Shown here: positions 26,739-35,180 of the stretch, piece by piece
Layout: the number at the start of each line of letters is the position of its first letter
Numbering within the stretch: position 1 is the first letter of the stretch
IMG/VR virus record: IMGVR_UViG_3300033070_001154
Coordinates: 1 to 64,000 of that record
Reading direction: 5' to 3' (one strand)
Origin: a virus
Lineage: Duplodnaviria; Caudoviricetes
Length of the DNA stretch: 64,000 bases
Notes under the pieces: model-generated
The model's input: only the letters and a program-made list of their open reading frames with translations
Told to the model about the DNA's origin: nothing
Database searches by the model: none
Translations under genes and position numbers: made by a program

Positions 26739-26953
26739 CGCTTCTCCCTGATGATCTTGTCGATCTCGTCCTGAATCTGCCTCGAAGCCAGGGCCATGAA
26801 GTCTGGCCCGTTGTCGTGAAGGGCGTACTTGAGGACACGGATCAGCAGCTCCTGGTGGGTGATCCGGAGCCCCACCTTCCGGGAGAGCATCTCCTCCGCC
26901 AGGAGGAAGAGCTTGTCCTGATCATCTGTCAGGGCCACCTTCCGGGCCTTCAT
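26735..26953 (-). CDS. Ribbon-helix-helix-like DNA-binding protein
   Basis: KARKVAL (strand), DDQDKLFLLAEEM (helix) and THQELLIRVLKYAL (helix) layout. Confidence 0.45.
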   Translation of the reverse strand: MKARKVALTDDQDKLFLLAEEMLSRKVGLRITHQELLIRVLKYALHDNGPDFMALASRQIQDEIDKIIREKR

Positions 26954-27480
26954 CGCTTCTTCTCCTCAGTCTTGATGAACTGCATGAAGACCCTGCCCGC
27001 ATAGTCGTCCGACGCAGTCTGGAGGGTCTGGAGGATCAGCCTCTCGATCGACGCCTTGACGATCTTGAAACCTTCGCCCTCGTGAGACAGCTGCCAGATC
27101 CTATCCGTGATCTGGGACTTGATCATCCGGAGCAGCTCCCGGTTGCCCTCCCCCGAGCCGGAACTGAAACGTTCCCAGGCCTTCGGGATCTCGGCGTCGA
27201 TCTTCTTCCGGATGTTGGCGACCCCCATACGCTCCTCGATCCGCTTGGCGAGGTGCTCCTTCAGCTCTGCCGGCATCCAGGACGACTTGGAGTTCATGAC
27301 TGCCTCATCGACCACCTCCCGTACCTTGCGCTCGACGTACCCATTCACCAGCTTGTCGATCCGCTCCTTGGCGAATGCCCCCTCCACGGCCAGCCTGATC
27401 TGGCGCTCCATCACCGTGTTGAATCCCGGCCCCAGGTCCAGGACCGCGCTGTACTCCGTCTCCGGCTCTTGATCTCTCAT
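26950..27480 (-). CDS. Hypothetical helical protein
   Basis: 176-aa ORF with strong GC3. Confidence 0.7.
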   Translation of the reverse strand: MRDQEPETEYSAVLDLGPGFNTVMERQIRLAVEGAFAKERIDKLVNGYVERKVREVVDEAVMNSKSSWMPAELKEHLAKRIEERMGVANIRKKIDAEIPKAWERFSSGSGEGNRELLRMIKSQITDRIWQLSHEGEGFKIVKASIERLILQTLQTASDDYAGRVFMQFIKTEEKKR

Positions 27481-28144
27481 AGTTCTCCATGATGCCGTCC
27501 CACTCCTCCGGGAGGAGACGCAGTTGAATCCTCTGACCCTTCACCTTGCGCCCCGAGTGAACCAGGGCGAGCGTGACAACCTTCTCTGGCGTCTTTGAAC
27601 GCGCCTCGAACTGGATCCTGTTCTCCCTGCGGAAGAACCGATGGTAGGCCTCGGTGATCTCCTCCTCCCCGACCACCCTGCGGGCACCCTTGCACCCCCA
27701 GCGCTTGTTCTGAAGATGTACCTGCTCCACCCTCGCGATGGTGAGAAGCGTCGGGTAGGAAACCCCGAGCACCCCGCAGGCCTTCAACAGCGAAAGCTGC
27801 CCGTGGAACCTCGGCCCCAGCTTCATCACCTGGGTTGCCTGATGTTCGATGGCGATCAGGGTACGACCCTTGAGCTGCGCCTTGAGCAGCTTCATGGAGC
27901 GCTCCTGCCAACCCTCTCGGAGGATCTTCTCCTCCTCCCTGGTCCAGGTCGGCCAGACCTTGCGCTTGCCCGGGATCTTCATCAGGCAGGCCTTGCGCTG
28001 TACCGCCGCCGGAGTCCTGATCAGCTCACCGTCCGACCCCCTCCCGAACCTCAGGGAGGTCTTCACGATCCCCAGCTTCGGGTACCACTTCTTGAGGTTC
28101 TCCTTGTCCTCAGGAGACCAGGGACGCCCCCGGATACACCCCAT
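27305..28144 (-). CDS. Putative DNA-binding protein with two Myb/SANT-like repeats and an HTH
   Basis: PWSPEDKENL..RTPAAVQRKA and TWTREEEKIL..RTLIAIEHQA repeats, then LLKACGVLGVSYPTLL. The last ~58 codons overlap the next gene and may be non-functional. Confidence 0.55.
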   Translation of the reverse strand: MGCIRGRPWSPEDKENLKKWYPKLGIVKTSLRFGRGSDGELIRTPAAVQRKACLMKIPGKRKVWPTWTREEEKILREGWQERSMKLLKAQLKGRTLIAIEHQATQVMKLGPRFHGQLSLLKACGVLGVSYPTLLTIARVEQVHLQNKRWGCKGARRVVGEEEITEAYHRFFRRENRIQFEARSKTPEKVVTLALVHSGRKVKGQRIQLRLLPEEWDGIMENYERSRAGDGVQRGPGPGAGIQHGDGAPDQAGRGGGIRQGADRQAGEWVRRAQGTGGGR

Positions 28145-28147
28145 GAC

Positions 28148-28522
28148 TCAGCCGGAGCTCGGGAGGAGCAGGAAGCTGCCCAGGGGGATGACCTGGTGGA
28201 GCGAACCCGCAGCCGGGGTGAACCACAGATCCCACTGGTAGCTCCCAGCCGGGATGGAAGCCGGGACGGCGAGATCCAGCAGCGTCTCCCGCTGCCCTAC
28301 CGTCCCCAGGGTCTCGTCCCGGAAGATCACCCTGCCGCCCACCGGATGCGTCATCCGGAAGGTGAAGGTCCCGCCCCCCGGGTCCTGCACCGTCCCGTCG
28401 TCCGAGGCCAGGCTCACCTGGAGCCTCACCGACTCCCCGTGAGGAGTCGAGAGCGTCACCGCGTTGGCCGACGCCAGCCCCAGGCCCGTCAGCCGAATCA
28501 CTGCATTCAATCGCTTGATCAT
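28148..28522 (-). CDS. BppU N-terminal-like Ig-fold protein
   Basis: GESVRLQVSL...FTFRM...PAGSYQWDLWF...QVIPLGSFLLLP pattern. Confidence 0.5.
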   Translation of the reverse strand: MIKRLNAVIRLTGLGLASANAVTLSTPHGESVRLQVSLASDDGTVQDPGGGTFTFRMTHPVGGRVIFRDETLGTVGQRETLLDLAVPASIPAGSYQWDLWFTPAAGSLHQVIPLGSFLLLPSSG

Positions 28523-28526
28523 CTGC

Positions 28527-29021
28527 TCAGTGTCTCCATTCAGAAGGCGGCTTCGCGCCCCGGTTCTTCTCTCCGACCCTGCGATTGTGCCATCGCTTGC
28601 GACCCTCCTGACGCTCGCCAGGTAGAAGATCGCGCTCGATGCCGGCCCTGATCCTTCTGTCCACCTCCTCGTCCCAGTTGGAAGAGTCGATCCATGCCTC
28701 GTACTCGCACGCCCCCCGGTGACGGTTGCACTCGAAGCAGCTGGTCACCAGGTTCCGGGGATGATGAGTCCCGCCCCTGCTCACAGGCAGAAGGTGGTCC
28801 AGACACGCCCGACGATTCCCGTGCTGCCCGAACAGCCACACGGTCCTGTTGCACCAGAGACAGCGCATCCTGCCCGTCTTGGGGTTGCGGTCCCGGAAGT
28901 AGATCGCCATCCGGGTCGAGCCACGGATCCAGTTCATCCCGTGGTACCCGGAGCCGAGGCCCCTGGCAGCCATTACTTGTTCTCCCATCGAGACCTTGGC
29001 CAGGGTTTCTTTCCGCCTCAT
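28527..29021 (-). CDS. HNH endonuclease
   Basis: AIYFRD..RCLWC..LDHLLPVSRGGTHHPRNLVTSCFECNRHRG; ATGA-coupled start at 29021. Confidence 0.85.
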   Translation of the reverse strand: MRRKETLAKVSMGEQVMAARGLGSGYHGMNWIRGSTRMAIYFRDRNPKTGRMRCLWCNRTVWLFGQHGNRRACLDHLLPVSRGGTHHPRNLVTSCFECNRHRGACEYEAWIDSSNWDEEVDRRIRAGIERDLLPGERQEGRKRWHNRRVGEKNRGAKPPSEWRH

Positions 29022-29305
29022 GTCACTCCCCCGCCAGTGATCTTGTACATCAGCTTTGCCAGCACGATCTCTGGAGTCTCCCCGACCACGACACCCGTGT
29101 AGGGGAGAGCAGGGAGCCCTATAGCCGAGAGCGTCAGCTTGCCCCGGATCTGCATTCCTCCATGCCCGGTGTTGGAGGGATAGAGACGTATGAGGATCCG
29201 GGTATCGTTCCCGCGCTTGCCCCGGAGACGACACATGGCGTGCCACAGAGCGGTCAGCCCTGGCTCATAGAGGATCTCAAGCTCACGGAAGTTCGTAGTC
29301 GACAT
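29018..29305 (-). CDS. Hypothetical, paralog of 29283..29612 (GETP-helix, HicB-like fold candidate)
   Basis: IL.RLY...R.K.TL...(Y/F)T.VV.GETP motif shared with its neighbour. Confidence 0.6.
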   Translation of the reverse strand: MSTTNFRELEILYEPGLTALWHAMCRLRGKRGNDTRILIRLYPSNTGHGGMQIRGKLTLSAIGLPALPYTGVVVGETPEIVLAKLMYKITGGGVT

Positions 29306-29612
29306 CCAGAACCTTCCTGATCATCTTCTCCATGGCATCGTCGGGAGTCTCCCCCTCGACCACCAGGGTGAACTTGTGGTTGAGGAGCCAGTCCAGACGG
29401 AGTGTGCACTTCCGTCTGTGCTTCACCCAGTAGAGCCTGTGGAGAATCTTGGAGGGCCGAAGACGAGGCATGACCGTGGGGAAGTACTCGTGCTTCACGA
29501 AGAGCACGTCCTCCGGCTGCCTGAGCCGGCGCTGCTCTACAATGCAGCGACAGAGGATGAGGGTACTGATGCCCTTCCAGCAGGAGCGCACCAGGTCCTG
29601 CTTCCTGGACAT
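29283..29612 (-). CDS. Hypothetical, paralog of 29018..29305
   Basis: C-terminal LVVEGETPDDAMEKMIRKV. Confidence 0.6.
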   Translation of the reverse strand: MSRKQDLVRSCWKGISTLILCRCIVEQRRLRQPEDVLFVKHEYFPTVMPRLRPSKILHRLYWVKHRRKCTLRLDWLLNHKFTLVVEGETPDDAMEKMIRKVLDVDYELP

Positions 29613-29613
29613 G

Positions 29614-30414
29614 TCACGGGCCCTCGTCTTCTCCCTCGTCCTCGGAGAGCACCGAGTCCAGGATCATGGGCAGATCCTCCCCGGACTGGAACCAGAGAGG
29701 CTCCAGCTCCTCCAGCACCAGGTTCTGTGCCTCCAGCGCCTCGCGGACCTCACGGGAGATGATCGTCTTCTCCCCCGTCATGGTGAAGGCCACCGGAGAA
29801 GCGTTCCCCTCCGCGTCTCGCTGAAGCACCAGGACGATCTTCACCTTCGGGGCCTTCGGGCCCTTCGGGCCGGGGCCCCCGTCGTTGCCCTCCCGGGGAA
29901 GGTCGTCCTCACCTCCGAGCTCAGGAGACGGCTCCTTCAACGCCTCCTGAACCGACTTCATGAAGTCCTCGGAGATGCCCGCGTGAAGCCGGAGCTGCTC
30001 GGCATCCGCCCCATCCTCCAACATCTGGAGAACCAGGGAAGCGAACTTCTCGTCCTGTACCTCCGCAGAGACGTTGAAGGAGAACATCCCCATGTCCGCC
30101 TTCCGAGGATCCGTACCCTCAGGAAGCAGGATCACAGGAGCCTCCGTCGCCCCCTTGGCCTCCAGCTCGTCCCGGCGGTGATGCCCGTCCACGATCCCGT
30201 ACGTCCCGTCCGACTCCTTCACCACCACCAGGAAGCTCTGGAACCCCAGGCTGTCCGTGCTCGCCCGGAGAGTAGCCTTCTGCTTCTCGTTCATCTTCCG
30301 GTAGTTCTCACGCCGGAAAGACAACTCCCCCAAGGGAACCGTCCCCACCGTGATGGGATTCAAGCCCCCAGAAACCGTCATGAACTTCGCCCCGGTCGTC
30401 GCCTTCTTGGTCAT
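29614..30414 (-). CDS. ParB/Sulfiredoxin N-terminal domain protein
   Basis: NYRKM...GF...VV....YGIVDGHHR..L...G..EAPV. Start placed at MTKK (GAAGGAG RBS); a longer TTG start at 30552 is possible. Confidence 0.8.
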   Translation of the reverse strand: MTKKATTGAKFMTVSGGLNPITVGTVPLGELSFRRENYRKMNEKQKATLRASTDSLGFQSFLVVVKESDGTYGIVDGHHRRDELEAKGATEAPVILLPEGTDPRKADMGMFSFNVSAEVQDEKFASLVLQMLEDGADAEQLRLHAGISEDFMKSVQEALKEPSPELGGEDDLPREGNDGGPGPKGPKAPKVKIVLVLQRDAEGNASPVAFTMTGEKTIISREVREALEAQNLVLEELEPLWFQSGEDLPMILDSVLSEDEGEDEGP

Positions 30415-30659
30415 CCTCAGCTCCTTCTCAGGCCCTTGTGCCACAATCTTCTCTTCTCCTTCCGTATTCCGGAAAGAGCAAACAACGTACCAACGATCGG
30501 CACCCTTCCACGACCCGATGCGCTGGTGAGGTATCGGGTCGTTGCGTAGCACCCTCGCGGACGCGCTAGAAGGGGTCTGTAGTCGATCGCAACGGACGCA
30601 ACGACGGATCTACCGTGGATGGTCCGGAGGGGTCTTCAATCGGTCATTAGCGACCATCT

Positions 30660-31208
30660 TCATGTCCTTACCGCCCGGGCCATCTCGATGAGCAGGTCCC
30701 GGAATGGGACGGGGGTCCTCGCCCTCTCGTGCCGGCCCATCTTCTCTACTGAATGTTGCGCCCCGCTCCGGCCCCACTCCAGGGGGACTTCACCGACCCC
30801 GACGGTGTAGAGCCAGGTGGGCTTGCGAGCCCTGTGACCGTAGTGGCCCTGGTCCACACAGCAGGTCAGGCCATACGCATCAGCCTGGATCCAACCACCT
30901 GTGGATGGGGGCCGGCGGAGGCCATGAGCATCCCAGGCCTTGGAATCCTTGGGGTGCTCCAGCACACCTCCGTATCTCCGAACCGAAGCCAGTGCAGAGG
31001 CAAAGCAACCTCCATCATCTCCGAGGGTGTGAAGTCCGGGATGACTCGGACCGCCCTGGAAGTACCGCCCCCAGCGCTGGCATGGAGGATGGCCAACCAC
31101 GGGGAAGGGCCCGGAGTAGAGTCTGGCATCCCTCTTCGGCCCCCAGATGTCCACACCTGCAACGCGGGAGTAGACACCAGAAGGCTGGACGAAGAGTGCG
31201 GCGATCAT
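30660..31208 (-). CDS. Compact DNA cytosine-C5 methyltransferase-like protein
   Basis: MIAALFV..RDARLYSGPFPVVGHPPCQRW (catalytic PC), VLEHP (motif VI-like) and GHRARKPTWLY (motif VIII-like); TGATG-coupled start. Confidence 0.65.
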   Translation of the reverse strand: MIAALFVQPSGVYSRVAGVDIWGPKRDARLYSGPFPVVGHPPCQRWGRYFQGGPSHPGLHTLGDDGGCFASALASVRRYGGVLEHPKDSKAWDAHGLRRPPSTGGWIQADAYGLTCCVDQGHYGHRARKPTWLYTVGVGEVPLEWGRSGAQHSVEKMGRHERARTPVPFRDLLIEMARAVRT

Positions 31209-31462
31209 CAGTCGCGGAGAAGGAATGCCACGATGTAGGGATCCAGCTCCCGGATCTCGGACTCGCTCCAGAGCCTGGTCCCAATGGCCCACTTCCTGAA
31301 CCTCTCCGGGTTCTCGATCACCCAACGATTGTGGAGATAGCTCACGCCCATTTCTGGTCCGAACAACGGAGTACGCTCCCTGATCTCGCGAGGGACTACA
31401 CTGTCCCAGTCGCCAGGCCGTAACTCCTTGTCAAAGACGTTCCAGAGCTCGATCAGGGTCAT
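31208..31462 (-). CDS. Small protein, C-terminal motif family member
   Basis: MTLIELWNVFDKELR... preceded by AAGGAG at 7 nt; ends FRKWAIGTRLWSESEIRELDPYIVAFLLRD. Confidence 0.7.
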   Translation of the reverse strand: MTLIELWNVFDKELRPGDWDSVVPREIRERTPLFGPEMGVSYLHNRWVIENPERFRKWAIGTRLWSESEIRELDPYIVAFLLRD

Positions 31463-31514
31463 TCCATCACTCCTTGTCAAAGACGTTCCAGAGCTCGATC
31501 AGGGTCATTCCATC
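31423..31514. repeat. Perfect 46-bp tandem duplication
   Basis: ACTCCTTGTCAAAGACGTTCCAGAGCTCGATCAGGGTCATTCCATC at 31423-31468 and again at 31469-31514. Confidence 0.95.
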
Positions 31515-31756
31515 ATCTCCAGAGTGGCCCTGGCTTCGAGCAGCGCCATCTCCTCCGGCCCCCAGTAGTCCATGACCTCGGCCCACTTGTGGAACTCCAC
31601 CAGGTTGCCCAGCCTGAAGTGCCCAGCGACGTAGTCCATGTACACCCCCCGGTTGTGCACCAGCTTGGTCTTGGGGCCGATCGCATCCATTACTTCCCAG
31701 TAGCGGAAGCGATCCATCCCGAGGGACAGCTCCAGCAGGAAGGCCTGGAGTCTCAC
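31505..31756 (-). CDS. Small protein, C-terminal motif family member
   Basis: GTGA-coupled to the SbcC-like gene; ends FHKWAEVMDYWGPEEMALLEARATLEMME. Confidence 0.7.
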   Translation of the reverse strand: MRLQAFLLELSLGMDRFRYWEVMDAIGPKTKLVHNRGVYMDYVAGHFRLGNLVEFHKWAEVMDYWGPEEMALLEARATLEMME

Positions 31757-33318
31757 GGGCCCAGCCGGATATGGACGATGTCGGGGCCGAGAGGGAGATC
31801 GGGCAGTACGTGACTGACGAGAAGGACCTGCCTGGTTTCGGAGATGCGACACGCCAGGGACAGTAGCGCTTCCATGCCGGCCTCATCCAGCGTGTCGAAG
31901 GCTTCGTCCACGACCAGCGGTGTCTCCAGGGTCAGATTGCCCGTCCTGGAGGCCACCTCGGACATGGCCAGGGCCATGCTCAGGTCGATCCGGCGCTGCT
32001 CTCCGCCCGAGCACTGCGAGTAGCTGGTCGCCCCCGTCCCCTCGGTCACCAGGTCCAGGCCTGTCTCCCCAGCAGCCCGTAGCTGCACCATGGCCTTGGC
32101 AGAGATCAGCCTGAGGTACTCCGTCACCTTGCGATTCATCTCCGCAAGGTGGCTCTGGAGATAGACCCTCCTCGACTCCGCCAGGGTCGACACCACCCGC
32201 TTCTGCTCCTGATCCTCCGCGGATACGAGCAGCAGCTTCTCCTGTGCTGTCTTCAGCTCCAGACTGGCCAGGACGTATTCCAGGACCTTGTCCCAGAGCT
32301 CGTTCTCCGAGCGCAGGAAGCGCTCATGCAACTGCTCGTCACGCTCCAGCCGGGACTGGACCTGTGCCAGTTCACGCTGCCTCTGCTGGATCCGCTCCCG
32401 TATGGCGTAGAGCCGATCGCGCTCCTTGTAGCCCTCCGTCCTGGCCAGCGTCATGGCATCCACCGCCACCTTGGCAGCCTGCTCCGCTGCACCCAGCTCC
32501 GGGTTGGGGACGTTTCCCCCGCAGGCCTCGCACCGGGCCGACTCGCGCAGCAGGGTCGCCACCCTACGATTGGCAGCTTCTACATCGGCCACGGTCGCGT
32601 CCTCACGCTTCCCAGCCTGGTCGACAGTATCCTGCTGCGTTAGGACCAGCTGTCGTCCGGCCTCCAACCTGGCGTACAGGTACTCCGCGGTCTGTAGGTC
32701 TGCCTCGTGGCGGCTGTGGTCCATCGGGGTACGATCCTGTGCTAGCAGTACGCACGCCCTGTGGAAGTCGTTTGTGGCGCGATTGATCACAGACGCCGCC
32801 AGGTTCTCCCCCACCTTGGCATCGTTGAAGGCCACAGCCGCCTCCTTCGTCTTGACCTTGGCGCGCTCGATGGCCTGGTCGTAGCGGGCCGCTCCGGTGA
32901 GCCGGATCAGATGGTCCCAGCGGTAGGAGGCCGACCCGCCTGCGAAGGCCCCGACGGTCTTGCCGGAGAGGTGAAGAGACCGGCTCCAGGAGGCGAAGGT
33001 CCCGAAGCGGGCCTCCAGCTCGGCCAGTACCTTGGTCTTCTGCTGCCAGACAGGGTTGCCGTCCAGACGGACACGCTCCCCGGAGGGGGAGACCACCCGC
33101 TTGATGGTCCTTCCCCCGGAGAGGAAGACATCCACCTCCGTGCCGGTGACCAACGGGCCGCCGCGCATGTTCTGGCCCCAGAGGGCCCAGACCAGGGCCC
33201 CCAGGCGGGTGGTCTTGCCAGAGCCGTTGGCCCCAGTGAGGAGGGTCACCCTGGGACCGAGCTTGAGTTCACCCGAGGGCACCCCCAGGAAGTTGGACAG
33301 GGTGACCCTCTCGATCAT
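31753..33318 (-). CDS. SbcC/Rad50 (T4 gp46-like) SMC ATPase
   Basis: Walker A GANGSGKT; coiled coil with CEAC zinc hook; signature CSGGEQRR; Walker B VVDEAFDTLD; H-loop VSH. Confidence 0.9.
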   Translation of the reverse strand: MIERVTLSNFLGVPSGELKLGPRVTLLTGANGSGKTTRLGALVWALWGQNMRGGPLVTGTEVDVFLSGGRTIKRVVSPSGERVRLDGNPVWQQKTKVLAELEARFGTFASWSRSLHLSGKTVGAFAGGSASYRWDHLIRLTGAARYDQAIERAKVKTKEAAVAFNDAKVGENLAASVINRATNDFHRACVLLAQDRTPMDHSRHEADLQTAEYLYARLEAGRQLVLTQQDTVDQAGKREDATVADVEAANRRVATLLRESARCEACGGNVPNPELGAAEQAAKVAVDAMTLARTEGYKERDRLYAIRERIQQRQRELAQVQSRLERDEQLHERFLRSENELWDKVLEYVLASLELKTAQEKLLLVSAEDQEQKRVVSTLAESRRVYLQSHLAEMNRKVTEYLRLISAKAMVQLRAAGETGLDLVTEGTGATSYSQCSGGEQRRIDLSMALAMSEVASRTGNLTLETPLVVDEAFDTLDEAGMEALLSLACRISETRQVLLVSHVLPDLPLGPDIVHIRLGP

Positions 33319-33617
33319 GTGGCCTGCTCCAGCAGCCCCTTGGCGTTGTCACGGATGCGGGCATTGCGGACCGCGACGAGCGCCAGGACACAGGCCTTGT
33401 CCTGGATGTCCATGGCGGCGAAGTCCTTGAGCTCCGCACGCTTCTTCTCCAGGCGCTCCCAGGTCAGCTGGACCGGCGGGGTCATCTTCAGCCCCTTGAG
33501 CTGGTCCAGCAGCTCGTTGATCTCGTCCATGCTGGGATCGCCCGCTGGAACGTCGTCCAACACCGTGTCGATCACCCCCAGGTCGTACACCATCTCGGTC
33601 TTCTTCTCGTCAGCCAT
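33315..33617 (-). CDS. Hypothetical protein between the SbcD- and SbcC-like genes
   Basis: MADEKKTEMVY..., 100 aa, high GC3; C-terminal part of track ORF 33315..34526. Confidence 0.7.
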   Translation of the reverse strand: MADEKKTEMVYDLGVIDTVLDDVPAGDPSMDEINELLDQLKGLKMTPPVQLTWERLEKKRAELKDFAAMDIQDKACVLALVAVRNARIRDNAKGLLEQAT

Positions 33618-33619
33618 GA

Positions 33620-34711
33620 TCAACGCTCCCTGATGTGATCCAGGCACTGTGCCCAGACCCTCTGTGTTGAATCCTCTGCCAGATCCGCACCACTGCGCTC
33701 CAGCACCTCCGCAATCACCTCCTCGGCGCTTGCGAAACCCTCCTCCGAAGCCTGCTTCCCTGGCTCGGAGTCCACCGCTACCCCCTGCACCCTGTAGCCC
33801 TGGATCAGGTTGAGCTCCCGCAGAACCGAGAGCAGCGGAGCCGACTTCTCGGTCCCGTCCAGATACAAGCCCGCCCCCTGGCTGTTCAAGGCCCTGACCA
33901 ACAGCTCCTGGATGGTCGAGCCATCGGGCACTTTCTGGAAGGCCGGCCCCTTCACCCGGAGGCTGTAGTACCTGCTCACACCGTCGTTGAAGCCCACCAC
34001 CAGTGCCGCTGCGTTGGAGAAGTTCACTGCGCTCCAGTCCAGATCGGCGTAGCTTCCGATGGCACGGGATTGACTGTCCGGCCTGTGGCGGATCACGGAA
34101 CGTGCCCCGTGCTCGTGCCCGGAGATCACAAGCTGGCTTGGTACATCCTGGTTCGCACGGACACCGCGCTTGGCCAGGAAGCGGAAGATGTCCCGCTCCG
34201 TGACCTGGTCCGGGCGGGTAGCGGTATCTACCACCCCGTAGTGCATCACGATCTTGTCTGCCCCCTGGATGGCATACAGAGCCATCTCCAGCGCCTCCAG
34301 GGTCGAGTGTGAGATGTACGGGATCATCGCCACCCTCATCCCCCCTAGCTCGACCTGCTCCGGATCCTCGTAGACATGGATCCCCTCGATGTGCGCCAGA
34401 GGCGCCAGAGCAGATGGAACACCAAAGGCCCCCGCATCGTGGTTGCCTCGGAGAAGGTGCCAGCGCAGCCCCGAGGCCTTCATCATCCGAATGCAGGCTT
34501 CGACAACTGGGGCCGGCGGGCGGCACTGGTCGAAGTAGTCCCCGACCTGCACCACGTCCGTCACGTCATGCCTGGACACCGCCAGGGCCACCGTGCGCTC
34601 CACTGAGGACAACAGCTCCCGACAGCGCCGGTTGACGCCCCCGACCAGCTCTCCGCCCTCGTAGCGGTGATTGTGAAAGTGAGTGTCACCGAGGAAGAGT
34701 ACGCTACCCAT
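33620..34711 (-). CDS. SbcD/Mre11 (T4 gp47-like) metallophosphoesterase nuclease
   Basis: GDTHF, GDYFD, RGNHD, VMH and SGHEH motifs. Confidence 0.9.
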   Translation of the reverse strand: MGSVLFLGDTHFHNHRYEGGELVGGVNRRCRELLSSVERTVALAVSRHDVTDVVQVGDYFDQCRPPAPVVEACIRMMKASGLRWHLLRGNHDAGAFGVPSALAPLAHIEGIHVYEDPEQVELGGMRVAMIPYISHSTLEALEMALYAIQGADKIVMHYGVVDTATRPDQVTERDIFRFLAKRGVRANQDVPSQLVISGHEHGARSVIRHRPDSQSRAIGSYADLDWSAVNFSNAAALVVGFNDGVSRYYSLRVKGPAFQKVPDGSTIQELLVRALNSQGAGLYLDGTEKSAPLLSVLRELNLIQGYRVQGVAVDSEPGKQASEEGFASAEEVIAEVLERSGADLAEDSTQRVWAQCLDHIRER

Positions 34712-34726
34712 TACAACCCTTCTGCC

Positions 34727-34939
34727 CTACTTGAAGATGAAACGATGCCTCAGCAGGGCGTGCTCGACGGCGCAGTACATCCGGTGGAAGTGACAGGCAC
34801 ACTCGTAGCAGATGAGCCCCTCGCCCTCCGGCCCGAATGGCAATGTCCCGGTGGCGAGCTGGTAGATCATGCACAGTCGGGTGTCCGGGTAGTACGCCAC
34901 GTCGATCTTGGCTGCCTTGCAGGCCTGGCAGATGCTCAC
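34727..34939 (-). CDS. Small Cys-rich (Zn-finger-like) protein
   Basis: SICQAC...LICYECACHFHRMYC; GTG start estimated. Confidence 0.45.
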   Translation of the reverse strand: MSICQACKAAKIDVAYYPDTRLCMIYQLATGTLPFGPEGEGLICYECACHFHRMYCAVEHALLRHRFIFK

Positions 34940-35104
34940 AGGCGCACCTTCTCGCTTCCGACGACGATGCACCCCCGCTCCTCCAGACGCCGTAGAACCT
35001 GCTGCAACGTGCGGAACGTATGCCAGTAGGCGATATGCAGGCGCCAACAACCCATACAGAGTCGTGTGATGTACATGGTACCTCAGCTATGTCGGGAGGG
35101 AAGG

Positions 35105-35134
35105 CGTGGCACGATCAGGGCGATTCGTGCCACG
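35105..35134 (-). terminator. Hairpin downstream of the SSB gene (terminator / stability candidate)
   Basis: Perfect 10-bp inverted repeat CGTGGCACGA / TCGTGCCACG; weak U-tract. Confidence 0.45.
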
Positions 35135-35180
35135 GTCGGGGAGGTGGGAGGGTTCGCATGGGATGCGAACACCTATTTCG

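Noticed and set aside
27305-27480. 176-nt overlap of the Myb-like ORF with the next gene, and the similar 74-nt overlap at 43966-44039, as recoding sites
   Set aside because: The tails are simply out-of-frame reads of the downstream gene, with no slippery site or coding signal in another frame.
29614-30552. Plasmid-type ParABS partition system
   Set aside because: No ParA and no repeated parS-like palindromes were seen in the window; the ParB-like protein lacks an obvious HTH.
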